Source of the DNA: Nostoc sp. DedSLP01
Lineage (GTDB): Bacteria > Cyanobacteriota > Cyanobacteriia > Cyanobacteriales > Nostocaceae
Reading direction: 5' to 3'
NCBI GenBank assembly: GCA_034530875.2
Contig: JAVRCJ020000016.1
Span: 64,001 to 128,000, forward strand
Length of the DNA stretch: 64,000 bases
Below the pieces are notes generated by a model. The model ran no database searches, was not told the DNA's origin, and saw nothing but the letters and a program-made list of their open reading frames with translations. The position numbers and the translations under genes are program-made. Below, piece after piece: positions 11,919-22,102 of the stretch. The number at the start of each line of letters is the position of its first letter. Within the stretch, counting starts at the first letter, position 1.

Positions 11919-13175
11919 ATGAGGGTTAGCTTACAGCCTGCCTTGAATGATAGTAATTTGGATGCCAATCAACTCAACACTCAACGTCAGTTGGGAATTT
12001 CCATTTCGGCGATCGCAGAAGTTGAAGACCGCAATGTTCCACTGAATTTATGCCTGATTCTCGACCATAGCGGTTCGATGAATGGCCGACCCCTAGAAAC
12101 AGTGAAAAATGCCGCGAATCGTCTGGTGGATAGATTAAATCCTGGCGATCGCTTGAGTGTTGTAGTTTTCAATCACCGTGCTAAAGTCCTAGTCCCCTGT
12201 CAGGGAATCGAAGACCCAGAAAAAATTAAACAGCAAATTAGCCGTTTAGCCGCTGATGGCGGGACTTCCATTGATGAGGGATTGCGCTTGGGGATTGAAG
12301 AATTAGCCAAGGGAAAAAGGGATAGTGTTTCCCAAGCTTTTTTATTAACCGATGGCGAAAACGAACACGGTGATAATAATCGCTGTTTAAAATTTGCCCA
12401 ATTAGCTGCCAGTTATAATTTGACTTTAAATACTTTAGGATTTGGTGACAATTGGAACCAAGATGTTTTAGAAAAAATTGCTGATGCTGGTTTGGGTACT
12501 TTGTCTTATATTCAAAAACCCGATCGCGTAGTCGATGAATTTAGCCGTTTGTTCAACCGCGTTCAAGCAATAGGCTTGACTAATGCTTATTTGATATTCT
12601 CCTTGATGCCCAATGTCCGGCTAGCCGAACTCAAACCCGTTGCCCAAGTTTCTCCGGATACCATTGAGTTACCACTGCAACAAGAACCAGACGGACGTTT
12701 CGCTGTGCGCTTGGGAGATTTAATGAAAGATGCAGAACGGGTGATTTTGGCTAATATTTATTTGGGACAATTACCACCAGGGAAACAAGCGATCGCTAAC
12801 GTGCAAGTCCGCTACGATGACCCAGCTACCAATGAAACGAGTATATTGACGCCAAATATCCCAGTTTACGCCAATGTCGTCGGAGATTACCAACCGAACC
12901 CCAATCCCCAGGTGCAACAATCGATTTTGGCATTGGCGAAGTATCGCCAAACTCAGTTAGCCGAGACGAAATTACAACAAGGCGATCGCACTGGTGCGGC
13001 GACAATGCTACAAACGGCTGCTAAAACTGCCTTGCAGATGGGAGATGAAGGTGCGGCGACGGTGTTGCAAACTTCCGCTACTCGCTTGCAAGCTGGAGAA
13101 GATTTGTCGGAAAGCGATCGTAAGAAAACCAGAATTGTCTCCAAAACAGTTTTGCAAGATACCCCTCCGCAATGA
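11919..13175 (+). CDS. vWA-domain protein (YfbK-like), paralogue 1
   Basis: MIDAS DHSGS, GGT, LLTDGE, TLGFG. Confidence 0.9.
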   Translation: MRVSLQPALNDSNLDANQLNTQRQLGISISAIAEVEDRNVPLNLCLILDHSGSMNGRPLETVKNAANRLVDRLNPGDRLSVVVFNHRAKVLVPCQGIEDPEKIKQQISRLAADGGTSIDEGLRLGIEELAKGKRDSVSQAFLLTDGENEHGDNNRCLKFAQLAASYNLTLNTLGFGDNWNQDVLEKIADAGLGTLSYIQKPDRVVDEFSRLFNRVQAIGLTNAYLIFSLMPNVRLAELKPVAQVSPDTIELPLQQEPDGRFAVRLGDLMKDAERVILANIYLGQLPPGKQAIANVQVRYDDPATNETSILTPNIPVYANVVGDYQPNPNPQVQQSILALAKYRQTQLAETKLQQGDRTGAATMLQTAAKTALQMGDEGAATVLQTSATRLQAGEDLSESDRKKTRIVSKTVLQDTPPQ

Positions 13176-14452
13176 AAGTTAAATTGCTCTCGGCGTTAAA
13201 TGACAATCATGTTGATGTGGCTCAAACAAGTAGCCAACGTCAATTGGCAATTACAATCTCGGCGATTGCTGGTGAATTTGACCAAAATCTCCCCCTGAAC
13301 CTCTGCTTGATTCTCGATAAAAGCGGTTCCATGCATGGCAAACCAATTACAACGGTGATTCAAGCAGTAGAAGGATTAATCGATAGGTTGAAGCCTGGCG
13401 ATCGCATCTCGGTTGTGGCTTTTGCGGGTTCTGCCGAAGTCATTATCCCCAACCAAATTATTGAAGACCCCGAAACCATCAAATCTCAAATTAAAAAGAA
13501 ACTCAGTGCTAGCGGCGGTACGGTAATTGCTGACGGTTTGGAGTTGGGAATTACAGAACTGATGAAGGGTACAAGAGGCGCTGTTTCCCAAGCCTTTCTG
13601 CTGACGGATGGTCACGGTGAAAGCGGTTTGCGAATTTGGAAGTGGGATATCGGCCCGGATGACAACAAACGCTGTGTAGAACTCGCACTCAAGGCTGCCA
13701 AGCTGAACTTAACTATCAACACTCTCGGATTTGGTAATAGCTGGAATCAGGATTTGTTAGAAAAAATAGCCGATGTTGGTGGTGGTACTTTAGCTTATAT
13801 TGAGCGTCCCGAACAAGCTGTAGAGCAGTTTAACCGATTGTTTGGACGGATTCAGTCTGTGGGGCTAACTAATGCCTATTTGTTGTTATCTTTAGTGCCT
13901 AATGTCCGGCTAGCAGAATTTAAACCCATTGCCCAAGTTTCCCCAGACACAATTGAGTTACCAGTGCAGCCAGAAGCCGATGGCAGCTTTGCTGTGCGTT
14001 TGGGAGATTTGATGCAAGATGTTGAACGGGTAGTTTTGGCTAATATTTATTTGGGACAATTGCCAGAAGGGAAACAGGTAATTGGGCATCTGCAAATCCG
14101 TTATGATGACCCTTTGGTGAATCAGCAAGGCTTACTTTCGCCCATCATGCCAGTTTACGCAGATGTGGTAAGAGACTATCAACCAGCATCTAATCCCCAA
14201 GTGCAACAATCAATTTTAGCATTAGCCAAGTATCGCCAAACCCAGTTAGCGGAGGCGAAATTGCAAGAGGGCGATCGCACTGGTGCGGCGACGATGCTAC
14301 AAACAGCCGCCAAAACTGCTTTACAAATAGGAGATAAAGGTGCAGCGACAGTGTTGCAAACTTCCGCCACTCGCCTGCAAGCTGGCGAACAACTTTCGGA
14401 AGCAGACTTGAAGAAAACTAGGATTGCATCAAAGACGATTTTACAGGAATAG
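13172..14452 (+). CDS. vWA-domain protein (YfbK-like), paralogue 2
   Basis: MIDAS DKSGS, GGT, LLTDG; ATGA overlap with paralogue 1. Confidence 0.9.
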   Translation: MKVKLLSALNDNHVDVAQTSSQRQLAITISAIAGEFDQNLPLNLCLILDKSGSMHGKPITTVIQAVEGLIDRLKPGDRISVVAFAGSAEVIIPNQIIEDPETIKSQIKKKLSASGGTVIADGLELGITELMKGTRGAVSQAFLLTDGHGESGLRIWKWDIGPDDNKRCVELALKAAKLNLTINTLGFGNSWNQDLLEKIADVGGGTLAYIERPEQAVEQFNRLFGRIQSVGLTNAYLLLSLVPNVRLAEFKPIAQVSPDTIELPVQPEADGSFAVRLGDLMQDVERVVLANIYLGQLPEGKQVIGHLQIRYDDPLVNQQGLLSPIMPVYADVVRDYQPASNPQVQQSILALAKYRQTQLAEAKLQEGDRTGAATMLQTAAKTALQIGDKGAATVLQTSATRLQAGEQLSEADLKKTRIASKTILQE

Positions 14453-14529
14453 TAAAAATTCAGCGTTGTTGATTAACGGTATAAAAGTTTCGCGCCAAGG
14501 TGCAAAACGAGAAACAAGCTACGTGAAAC

Positions 14530-14613
14530 AAATCTAAAATCCCAAATCTAAAATTAAATGACAAGCCTCTGACTTTAGTTATGGGGTCAACTAAAATCTA
14601 AAATTCAAAATTG
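14530..14613. repeat. (AAAATCT/C)n STRR array with an embedded 31-bp hairpin
   Basis: AATCTAAAATCCCAAATCTAAAATT...TGACAAGCCTCTGACTTTAGTTATGGGGTCA...AAAATCTAAAATTCAAAATT. Confidence 0.65.
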
Positions 14614-14618
14614 TTTGA

Positions 14619-15238
<620 letters not shown>

Positions 15239-15493
15239 AGCCAAGTATCGCCAAACTCAGTTAGCAGAAGCGAAATTGCAAGAGGGCGATCGCACTGGCG
15301 CGGCGACAATGCTACAAACAGCCGCCAAAACCGCACTCCAGATAGGAGATAAAGGTGCAGCAACAGTGTTGCAAACTTCCGCCACTCGCCTGCAAGCTGG
15401 GGAAAAACTTTCGGAAGCAGACCTAAAGAAAACTAGAATTGCATCAAAGACGATTTTACAGGAATAGTAGAAATTTAGCGTTGCTAATTAACG
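15239..15493 (+). repeat. Orphan duplicate of the vWA paralogue 2 3' end plus ~26 bp of downstream sequence (direct repeat of 14224-14478)
   Basis: Manual alignment: 16 differences in 229 coding nt; encodes AKYRQTQLAEAK...SKTILQE* with no 5' part. Confidence 0.93.
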
Positions 15494-15605
15494 ATGAGTG
15501 TGTACAGTATTTTCAATTTAAAAATGAGCATATTAAACTCTAGTGGATATCCATAAAAAATTCGTTTAATAGCTAGTTAGCTAGCAATGTCAAGAAGATC
15601 AGCAC

Positions 15606-16412
15606 ATGAAGTTGTACGAGAGAGACTACACGATACTCACCCCTGACGAAGAAGCAGAATTCCGCTTCCTCAAAGAGCAGGAGATCGTCAAAGAGGTTAG
15701 TAACAAATTCAGAAAGCCGCTTTTTCATAAGTACTCTAAAGCTGTACGTCACTACATCAGCCTGTTTCCAAACAACTATATGGACGCTTTTGAGCTTCAA
15801 GAGCATGAGGAACTCAACAATAAACTTGCCAGCTTTCAACAATTGCTTAATTCGGAAGATGCCAATGAACGCAGTATTTTAAATTTCATTAGCGAATATC
15901 GCGCCTACTTCATTATTGCTTCACTTCTTAGTAAGTATTTTGATTTTGGTCACCACGCAACTTATCTTTTTCCTGAGTTTCAGCTTGGCAATTCTTATCA
16001 AGCCGACTACTTAATTATTGGCCGAGGTTCAGGCGGCCATCAGTTTGTCTTTGTCGAACTTGAAGCCCCCAAAGGCAACGGTATCATACTTACTGATGGC
16101 GAGCTTGGGGAAGTGTTTCGCAAAGGCAAAAAGCAATCACGTGATTGGCAAGGTTGGCTGGATGGCTATTATTCTTCACTCAAAGAGACATTTAATAAAT
16201 CAAGACGAGCTGATGCCTCACTGCCTGATGAGTTCGTCATGATGGATAGATCGCGACTCCATTTCGTTGTCATTGCTGGAAAACGTACTAACTTCCAGAA
16301 CAAGACTTACGAAATTAGGCGCAAAGAACGTATGGAAACAAACATCTTGCTATTACATTATGACAACCTGATTGACGCTGCAACTGATGTAATCGGTAGA
16401 AAAACTTACTGA
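15606..16412 (+). CDS. Shedu (SduA, DUF4263) anti-phage nuclease-like protein
   Basis: ERSILNFI, FPEFQLG..YQADY, FVELEAP, QSRDW, VVIAGKR and HYDNL match the DUF4263 PD-(D/E)xK-like pattern. Confidence 0.78.
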   Translation: MKLYERDYTILTPDEEAEFRFLKEQEIVKEVSNKFRKPLFHKYSKAVRHYISLFPNNYMDAFELQEHEELNNKLASFQQLLNSEDANERSILNFISEYRAYFIIASLLSKYFDFGHHATYLFPEFQLGNSYQADYLIIGRGSGGHQFVFVELEAPKGNGIILTDGELGEVFRKGKKQSRDWQGWLDGYYSSLKETFNKSRRADASLPDEFVMMDRSRLHFVVIAGKRTNFQNKTYEIRRKERMETNILLLHYDNLIDAATDVIGRKTY

Positions 16413-16418
16413 ATGCTT

Positions 16419-16505
16419 TTCACCCGGATGGATAGTGTCGATACCTGCATCACGTAGCAATGCTGCCGTAGAGAGTGGTAATCCCTTGTCAAGCAACAGT
16501 TTCAT
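16419..16505 (-). pseudogene. Truncated DUF5615 (PIN-like) toxin
   Basis: Manual translation MKLLLDKGLPLSTAALLRDAGIDTIHPGE; recognisable similarity ends next to the Shedu stop; the start overlaps the DUF433 gene end. Confidence 0.7.
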
Positions 16506-16731
16506 TGCGCTTAGGTAGTTCAATAATGCGATCGCTCAAGTAAGATGATGCAAAAATTAAGGCTTGTTGAATATCTTCATCTTCTAATTCGGGAAACTCC
16601 TGGCGCAGTTCTTCTCGATTAGGATAGGTAGCTAATAACTCAATCGCCCGACGAACGGTAAGGCGAAGATTACGAATACAGGGTTGTCCATTCATGCGAT
16701 TAGGATTGCTGGTGATGCGATTTAATTTCAT
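16489..16731 (-). CDS. DUF433-family antitoxin-like protein
   Basis: RITSNPNRMNGQPCIRNLRLTV...FPELEDEDIQQAL. Confidence 0.88.
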   Translation of the reverse strand: MKLNRITSNPNRMNGQPCIRNLRLTVRRAIELLATYPNREELRQEFPELEDEDIQQALIFASSYLSDRIIELPKRNETVA

Positions 16732-16819
16732 AGAAGTAACCCCGCCTGTTACATAAATTCTGGTTGTATATTACTTGATGCCATTGATTTCCGACAAACG
16801 CCCCAACCGCGATTTGAAG

Positions 16820-17941
16820 CTACAAAATGCGATGTTTGAGCCAGAAGGAAAGAAGTGGCAATGCCACTCGATACCCTGCTTTGGCTCCATAAATTAATCC
16901 TTTCTGTTCCAATCCTGTGAGCGCACCCTGAAAACCACCACCTCGGGAAAACTGGTGTTTTTGAAGATAGGGGCGTGAATGAGGGCTATCGGTGGGATCG
17001 ATCGCTAAACTTTCTAGTACCCGTGCCTGAATGGGAGGCAGAAGTAACAAAAGAGATTCAAAGGTAACAGACAGATCCTCGACTAATCGTAAAGTGCTGC
17101 AATGGACGTGATGAAGTTGAATGAGTTTCGGGGAAAATTGGGGCGTAAAACTGGCTTGTTCATCCTGATAGAAGCAACAATGGTCGCTCCAAATTCGCCG
17201 CGCCAGAGCGATCGCATCTCCAACATGTCCTTGTGAATAGTCCAAAAACAATTTTAAGGCATCCACTTCAAACTTTAAGCCCACTGCTGCCATTGCTTCA
17301 ACAACCCAAGTTTCAATTTCCTGGCGCTGCACGGGGAGCAAGGAGACAAGTTGAACTGAGCTATCTTCTAGCCAATCTTCTGGAGTTGTTGCCAAAACAA
17401 CGTAGCTGACCCGATTTTGCTGTTGAATTTCTTGTCGTAAATACGATTCCCATCGACCTGCCCGATCCCAGGAGCGAATATGCGGGAAATTCTGAAAGAC
17501 AAACACTACCCGGCAGTTTAAATATTCTGCCATCACTTGAGGTAAGTTCAATAAGGCTTGCAGAATCAGCCATTCATCATTTTGGGAAACCTGCCAAACC
17601 AAGCGGCTTTGATGTGGGGTTGGTTGCTCTAATTGCAAGGGATAGCCACAAGCCCATTGCTGAATAAAAGTTCGTTCTGCGGCTGTTGCAAAGATGTGCA
17701 GAATTCCTGAAGCCATCAACTCCAAAAAGCGAAAAGAGGTGGTGGCTCGCAAGCAGTCGATCTCCAAAATTCTAGCTCCAATTTGCTGCGCGGCATAGCG
17801 AATTAGCGATCTTCGTCCGCTTCCCGTGACGCCTGTGAGCATCAAATCTTGGTCAGCCGCCAAAATTTCACAGATTTGCTCTAGCTCACGCTGTCTGCCA
17901 ATCAAACTCTGTGGCTTAAAAGCATCCTTCGTCATTGTCAA
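16820..17941 (-). CDS. Archaeal-ATPase/STAND-like P-loop protein with degenerate Walker motifs and a C-terminal wHTH-like region
   Basis: LIGRQREL; GVTGSGRRS; VFVFQNFP; ALTGLEQKGLI. Confidence 0.7.
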   Translation of the reverse strand: MTMTKDAFKPQSLIGRQRELEQICEILAADQDLMLTGVTGSGRRSLIRYAAQQIGARILEIDCLRATTSFRFLELMASGILHIFATAAERTFIQQWACGYPLQLEQPTPHQSRLVWQVSQNDEWLILQALLNLPQVMAEYLNCRVVFVFQNFPHIRSWDRAGRWESYLRQEIQQQNRVSYVVLATTPEDWLEDSSVQLVSLLPVQRQEIETWVVEAMAAVGLKFEVDALKLFLDYSQGHVGDAIALARRIWSDHCCFYQDEQASFTPQFSPKLIQLHHVHCSTLRLVEDLSVTFESLLLLLPPIQARVLESLAIDPTDSPHSRPYLQKHQFSRGGGFQGALTGLEQKGLIYGAKAGYRVALPLLSFWLKHRIL

Positions 17942-18094
17942 CCAGTCCTCCTCACTTTAAGCCAATCTCAACTCAAAGACTATCTACTTTTCTCTAACAA
18001 CCCCAAAAGAATTTTCGATGCAGGTTTGCTTGCACTATTTTCTAGTGCAAGGCAATGATATAAGAACTATTTTCTAGTGCAATTGATTTTACCC

Positions 18095-20920
18095 ATGTCT
18101 GCTAACCTATCGCACCCTCAAATTTCTCAACCGTTTGAGAATAGATCGTGGCATACTATCGACGCCCAAAAAACTCTTTGGCTGCTCAAGAGCGATCGCA
18201 CGCATGGTTTAACCCAGCAACAGATTGACGAGAATTTACAGCACTACGGTACAAACGAACTCATCGAAATGAGTGGGCGATCGCCCTTAGAAATTTTCTG
18301 GGATCAGTTTAAAAACATCATGTTGCTAATGCTGATCGCCGTAGCAATTATTTCGACGGTTCTGGATGTGCGCGAATCTTTGGTAAAGGGACAGTTCATT
18401 TTTCCCAAGGATGCGGTAGCAATCTTTGCAGTGGTGTTGCTGAATGGTTTACTGGGCTACCTCCAAGAGAGTGGAGCCGAAAAAGCACTGGCAGCACTGA
18501 AAAACATGGCATCGTCCAAAGTGCGGCTGATCCGCGAAGGTAAAGTAGTGGAGGTGGAATCTAAAGAACTGGTTCCTGGGGACATTATGCTGCTGGAAGC
18601 TGGGGTTAAGGTTGCAGCAGATGGGCGCATCCTAGAAGCAGCAAACTTGCAGGTGCGAGAAGCAGCACTCACCGGAGAGGCACACGCGGTTGAAAAACAA
18701 GCCAATGCCATCCTAAGTGAAGATACACCTCTGGGCGATCGCATCAATTTAGTGTTTTCTGGAACAGAGGTGGTGCAGGGACGGGCAATAGTAATAGTCA
18801 CCAGCACTGGAATGCAAACCGAATTGGGTAAGATTGCAACGGCGTTGCAATCCGTCGAGACAGAACCAACGCCTTTGCAAAAACGCATGACCCAACTGGG
18901 CAATACGTTGGTTACAGGATCGTTGATTATAGTAGCGATCGCGATCTTAGGGGGGACATTGTTCAAGCCCTCGCTGTTTGAGGAACTGGTCAAAGTCTCC
19001 CTGAGTATGGCGGTTGCGGTTGTGCCAGAAGGATTACCTGCCGTGATTACCGTTACCCTGGCATTGGGTACGCAACGCATGGTAAAGCGGAATGCTTTGA
19101 TCCGAAAACTGCCGGCGGTGGAAACCCTCGGTTCTGTGACGACTATCTGCTCGGATAAAACCGGAACTCTAACCCAGAACAAGATGGTGGTGCAGGCAGT
19201 ACATACTGCTAGCTATGCCATTCGTGTAACGGGGGAGGGATACAGCCCCGAAGGTGCGTTTTACGAGCAGACCAATATCAGACCAGGACAAGAAATTGTA
19301 GTGGAGAGAGAGCCAGAATTGCGATCGCTGCTGCTGGCGTGCGTGCTTTGTAATGATGCCGTGTTGCATAAGGAAAATGGCGACTGGGCAATATTAGGCG
19401 ATCCCACCGAAGGAGCGTTACTGGCAGTTGCTGGCAAAGGAGGGTTTCGCAAAGACCAGGAGGAGCAAGCTTTCTTCCGTGTTGCTGAGTTTCCCTTTTC
19501 ATCGGAACGCAAGCGGATGAGCGTTGTCGTGCAGGATACGTCCAACAAACTGCCAGAGAGCGCGATCGTCTTTACCAAAGGCTCCCCCGAACTGGTTCTG
19601 GAACGCTGCACCCATATTCAGCAGGGCGATGAGTCTCAACCGATCGCAACACAACAACGGCAACAGATTTTAGAGGAGAATAATCAGCTTGCCAGTCAAG
19701 GGTTACGGGTCTTAGGTTTTGCTAGTAAAAACCTGACAGAATTATCAGACCACGATTCAGAGGATACGGCTGAAACCAATTTGACTTGGTTGGGATTGGT
19801 GGGAATGCTCGATGCTCCCCGTCCGGAAGTGCGCGATGCGGTGGCAAAATGCCGTACCGCAGGCATTCGTCCGGTAATGATTACAGGCGACCACCAGTTA
19901 ACCGCACAGGCGATCGCCCAAGACTTGGGCATTGCGAAAGTGGGCGATCGCTCTCTCACGGGGCAGGAACTCCAAAAGCTCACCCAGCCAGAACTGGAAG
20001 CACAAGTGCAACAAGTTAGCGTCTATGCCCGCGTTACACCAGAGCATAAGTTAAGAATAGTCCAAGCTCTCCAGTCCCAAGGACAAATCGTTGCCATGAC
20101 TGGGGATGGAGTGAACGATGCTCCAGCCTTGAAACAAGCAGATATCGGCGTGGCAATGGGCATTACAGGCACGGATGTCAGTAAAGAAGCCAGCGATATG
20201 GTGCTACTGGATGACAACTTTGCCACAATTGTCTCGGCAGTTGAAGAAGGAAGAGTTGTTTACATCAACATTCGTCGCTTTATTCGCTATATCCTTGGCA
20301 GCAACATCGGTGAGGTATTGACCATTGCAGCTGCGCCATTGTTGGGGTTGGGTGGCGTACCGTTGTCTCCTCTGCAAATTCTCTGGATGAACTTGGTAAC
20401 TGATGGAATTCCGGCTTTAGCACTGGCAGTAGAACCCGGTAGACCAATCGTCATGCAACAACCTCCAAAAGATCCAAAAGAGAGCATTTTTGCCAGAGGT
20501 TTAGGTTCTTACATGGTGCGGATTGGGATTATTTTGGCTGTAATAACTATCTTGATGATGGTTTGGGCATACGATTACACTGCCCAGGTACAAAGTGAAT
20601 TGTTAAATCGCGATCGCTGGCAGACTATGGTGTTTACTACACTTTGTTTAGCACAAATGGGACACGCACTAGCAATCCGTTCCAACACACGATTGATGTT
20701 AGAGGTGAATCCCTTCTCCAATCCCTACGTTGTCCTATCCGTTACCGTCACCAGTATCCTGCAACTGATGCTTATTTATGTTGAACCACTCCGTTCCTTC
20801 TTCAATACTCATTACTTGAGTGGGTTAGAGCTAATGGTTTGTATTGGATTTAGTTCTTTGATATTTGTCTGGATTGAAGCAGAAAAATTATTTATCCGAT
20901 GGTATATCTCTCGTAAATAG
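18095..20920 (+). CDS. Cation-translocating P-type ATPase, type II (PacL/Ca2+-ATPase-like)
   Basis: [41 protein letters not shown]. Confidence 0.93.
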   Translation: MSANLSHPQISQPFENRSWHTIDAQKTLWLLKSDRTHGLTQQQIDENLQHYGTNELIEMSGRSPLEIFWDQFKNIMLLMLIAVAIISTVLDVRESLVKGQFIFPKDAVAIFAVVLLNGLLGYLQESGAEKALAALKNMASSKVRLIREGKVVEVESKELVPGDIMLLEAGVKVAADGRILEAANLQVREAALTGEAHAVEKQANAILSEDTPLGDRINLVFSGTEVVQGRAIVIVTSTGMQTELGKIATALQSVETEPTPLQKRMTQLGNTLVTGSLIIVAIAILGGTLFKPSLFEELVKVSLSMAVAVVPEGLPAVITVTLALGTQRMVKRNALIRKLPAVETLGSVTTICSDKTGTLTQNKMVVQAVHTASYAIRVTGEGYSPEGAFYEQTNIRPGQEIVVEREPELRSLLLACVLCNDAVLHKENGDWAILGDPTEGALLAVAGKGGFRKDQEEQAFFRVAEFPFSSERKRMSVVVQDTSNKLPESAIVFTKGSPELVLERCTHIQQGDESQPIATQQRQQILEENNQLASQGLRVLGFASKNLTELSDHDSEDTAETNLTWLGLVGMLDAPRPEVRDAVAKCRTAGIRPVMITGDHQLTAQAIAQDLGIAKVGDRSLTGQELQKLTQPELEAQVQQVSVYARVTPEHKLRIVQALQSQGQIVAMTGDGVNDAPALKQADIGVAMGITGTDVSKEASDMVLLDDNFATIVSAVEEGRVVYINIRRFIRYILGSNIGEVLTIAAAPLLGLGGVPLSPLQILWMNLVTDGIPALALAVEPGRPIVMQQPPKDPKESIFARGLGSYMVRIGIILAVITILMMVWAYDYTAQVQSELLNRDRWQTMVFTTLCLAQMGHALAIRSNTRLMLEVNPFSNPYVVLSVTVTSILQLMLIYVEPLRSFFNTHYLSGLELMVCIGFSSLIFVWIEAEKLFIRWYISRK

Positions 20921-20957
20921 CCCAAAATATGACACATTAGTTGAGTCCATATTGCTT

Positions 20958-21776
20958 ATGAATAAAGCAGCTTCACCTTTGGGCGTTCAAACTTACTGCC
21001 AAGGGAAAATCACAATTGACCTAGAACAGTGTATCTATCAGCAATTACAGAAACAATCTGTTAGCACTTGTGAATTCATCCAAAAGTTGATTCCCTTCAT
21101 CGCTACGCTAGAAAACAGTAAAGAGAGATACAATATCAATCCTTACACCGAAAAATTTCATAGAGGAATCCACATCTTAGGTTGCCATGATTCTAAATTA
21201 GGAGTTTTTCCTAATTCAAATCTGGCATTGAAATGTTCAGAAGGTCGCCTTGGTACAGAAAACCCCAGAAAACAATTTTTTAGGAGCATACAATTAGCCT
21301 GGGAATTTGAAACCAAGTTAAACGAGCAAGAGAAAGCGCTACTCCAGATTTGTCCCGCTTACTTGCATTTCCAAACTGGCGTTAGGAGTGCCTTATTTAA
21401 ACGAGTACTTTTTATGCCAAAAATTGAGGGTATTCCGTTGGGAAAAACAGAAACTGGATTTAGTACTGAATTCTGTCAAACATTCAATATTCCTGATTTA
21501 CACGAAATCCTTCGGAAATTCAGGTTCTCCCTGCATCGTTTAGTCGATCGCCAACAAAAGCGTCAACTGCTAAAAATTCAGACTACATACTTATTTCAAC
21601 GTCTTTTTGAAAAAGGAATTAAAATTTTTAGCTTGAATCAGAAAAACATCCTAGCCACATTAAATATGAGTGGTAACTCTATTCAATATGTCATTATCGA
21701 TCCGATAGCAGATTATTGCTTACCAATTTCTCCTGCTTATAATCTCTTAACAGCCCAACTGTGCAAATTTAAATAA
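20958..21776 (+). CDS. Hypothetical protein with a protein-kinase-like fold, probably a pseudokinase
   Basis: LALK, LFMPKIEGIPL, IFSLNQKNIL and YVIIDP occur in kinase order. Confidence 0.5.
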   Translation: MNKAASPLGVQTYCQGKITIDLEQCIYQQLQKQSVSTCEFIQKLIPFIATLENSKERYNINPYTEKFHRGIHILGCHDSKLGVFPNSNLALKCSEGRLGTENPRKQFFRSIQLAWEFETKLNEQEKALLQICPAYLHFQTGVRSALFKRVLFMPKIEGIPLGKTETGFSTEFCQTFNIPDLHEILRKFRFSLHRLVDRQQKRQLLKIQTTYLFQRLFEKGIKIFSLNQKNILATLNMSGNSIQYVIIDPIADYCLPISPAYNLLTAQLCKFK

Positions 21777-22102
21777 CTTTACTATTGGGGGATGTCTCAA
21801 AAGTAAAATATACATTTTGATGAAATTTATCTTTCTTACTAATGAAAGATAAATAAACTCTCCTTGTGTTGTATACTAAATTCTCAGTCTTATAAAGATG
21901 AAATAGTTATCGGCTTGTCAGTTATTTACTATTTCCTTTTCCTTGACATTGCTCTACGAAAAGCAAAGGTGTGAGTATTGATACACTCGCTAGTACAACG
22001 AAAGTTAAATCTGCTGTCTAAAGTTACGCAGAAGAATTTACTTGCTCTAAATTCTTACAAGAAGATAACAGTTTTTTAAAGACATTTTTGCTCTACTTAT
22101 TT

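Noticed and set aside
3054..14452. TerY-P-like vWA/PP2C/kinase defence triad
   Set aside because: The kinase-PP2C pair and the vWA genes are over 5 kb apart, on opposite strands and separated by housekeeping genes; the domain architectures also differ
18457..19182. 241-aa antisense ORF and other short antisense ORFs within long genes
   Set aside because: Shadow frames of well-supported genes with no recognisable motifs
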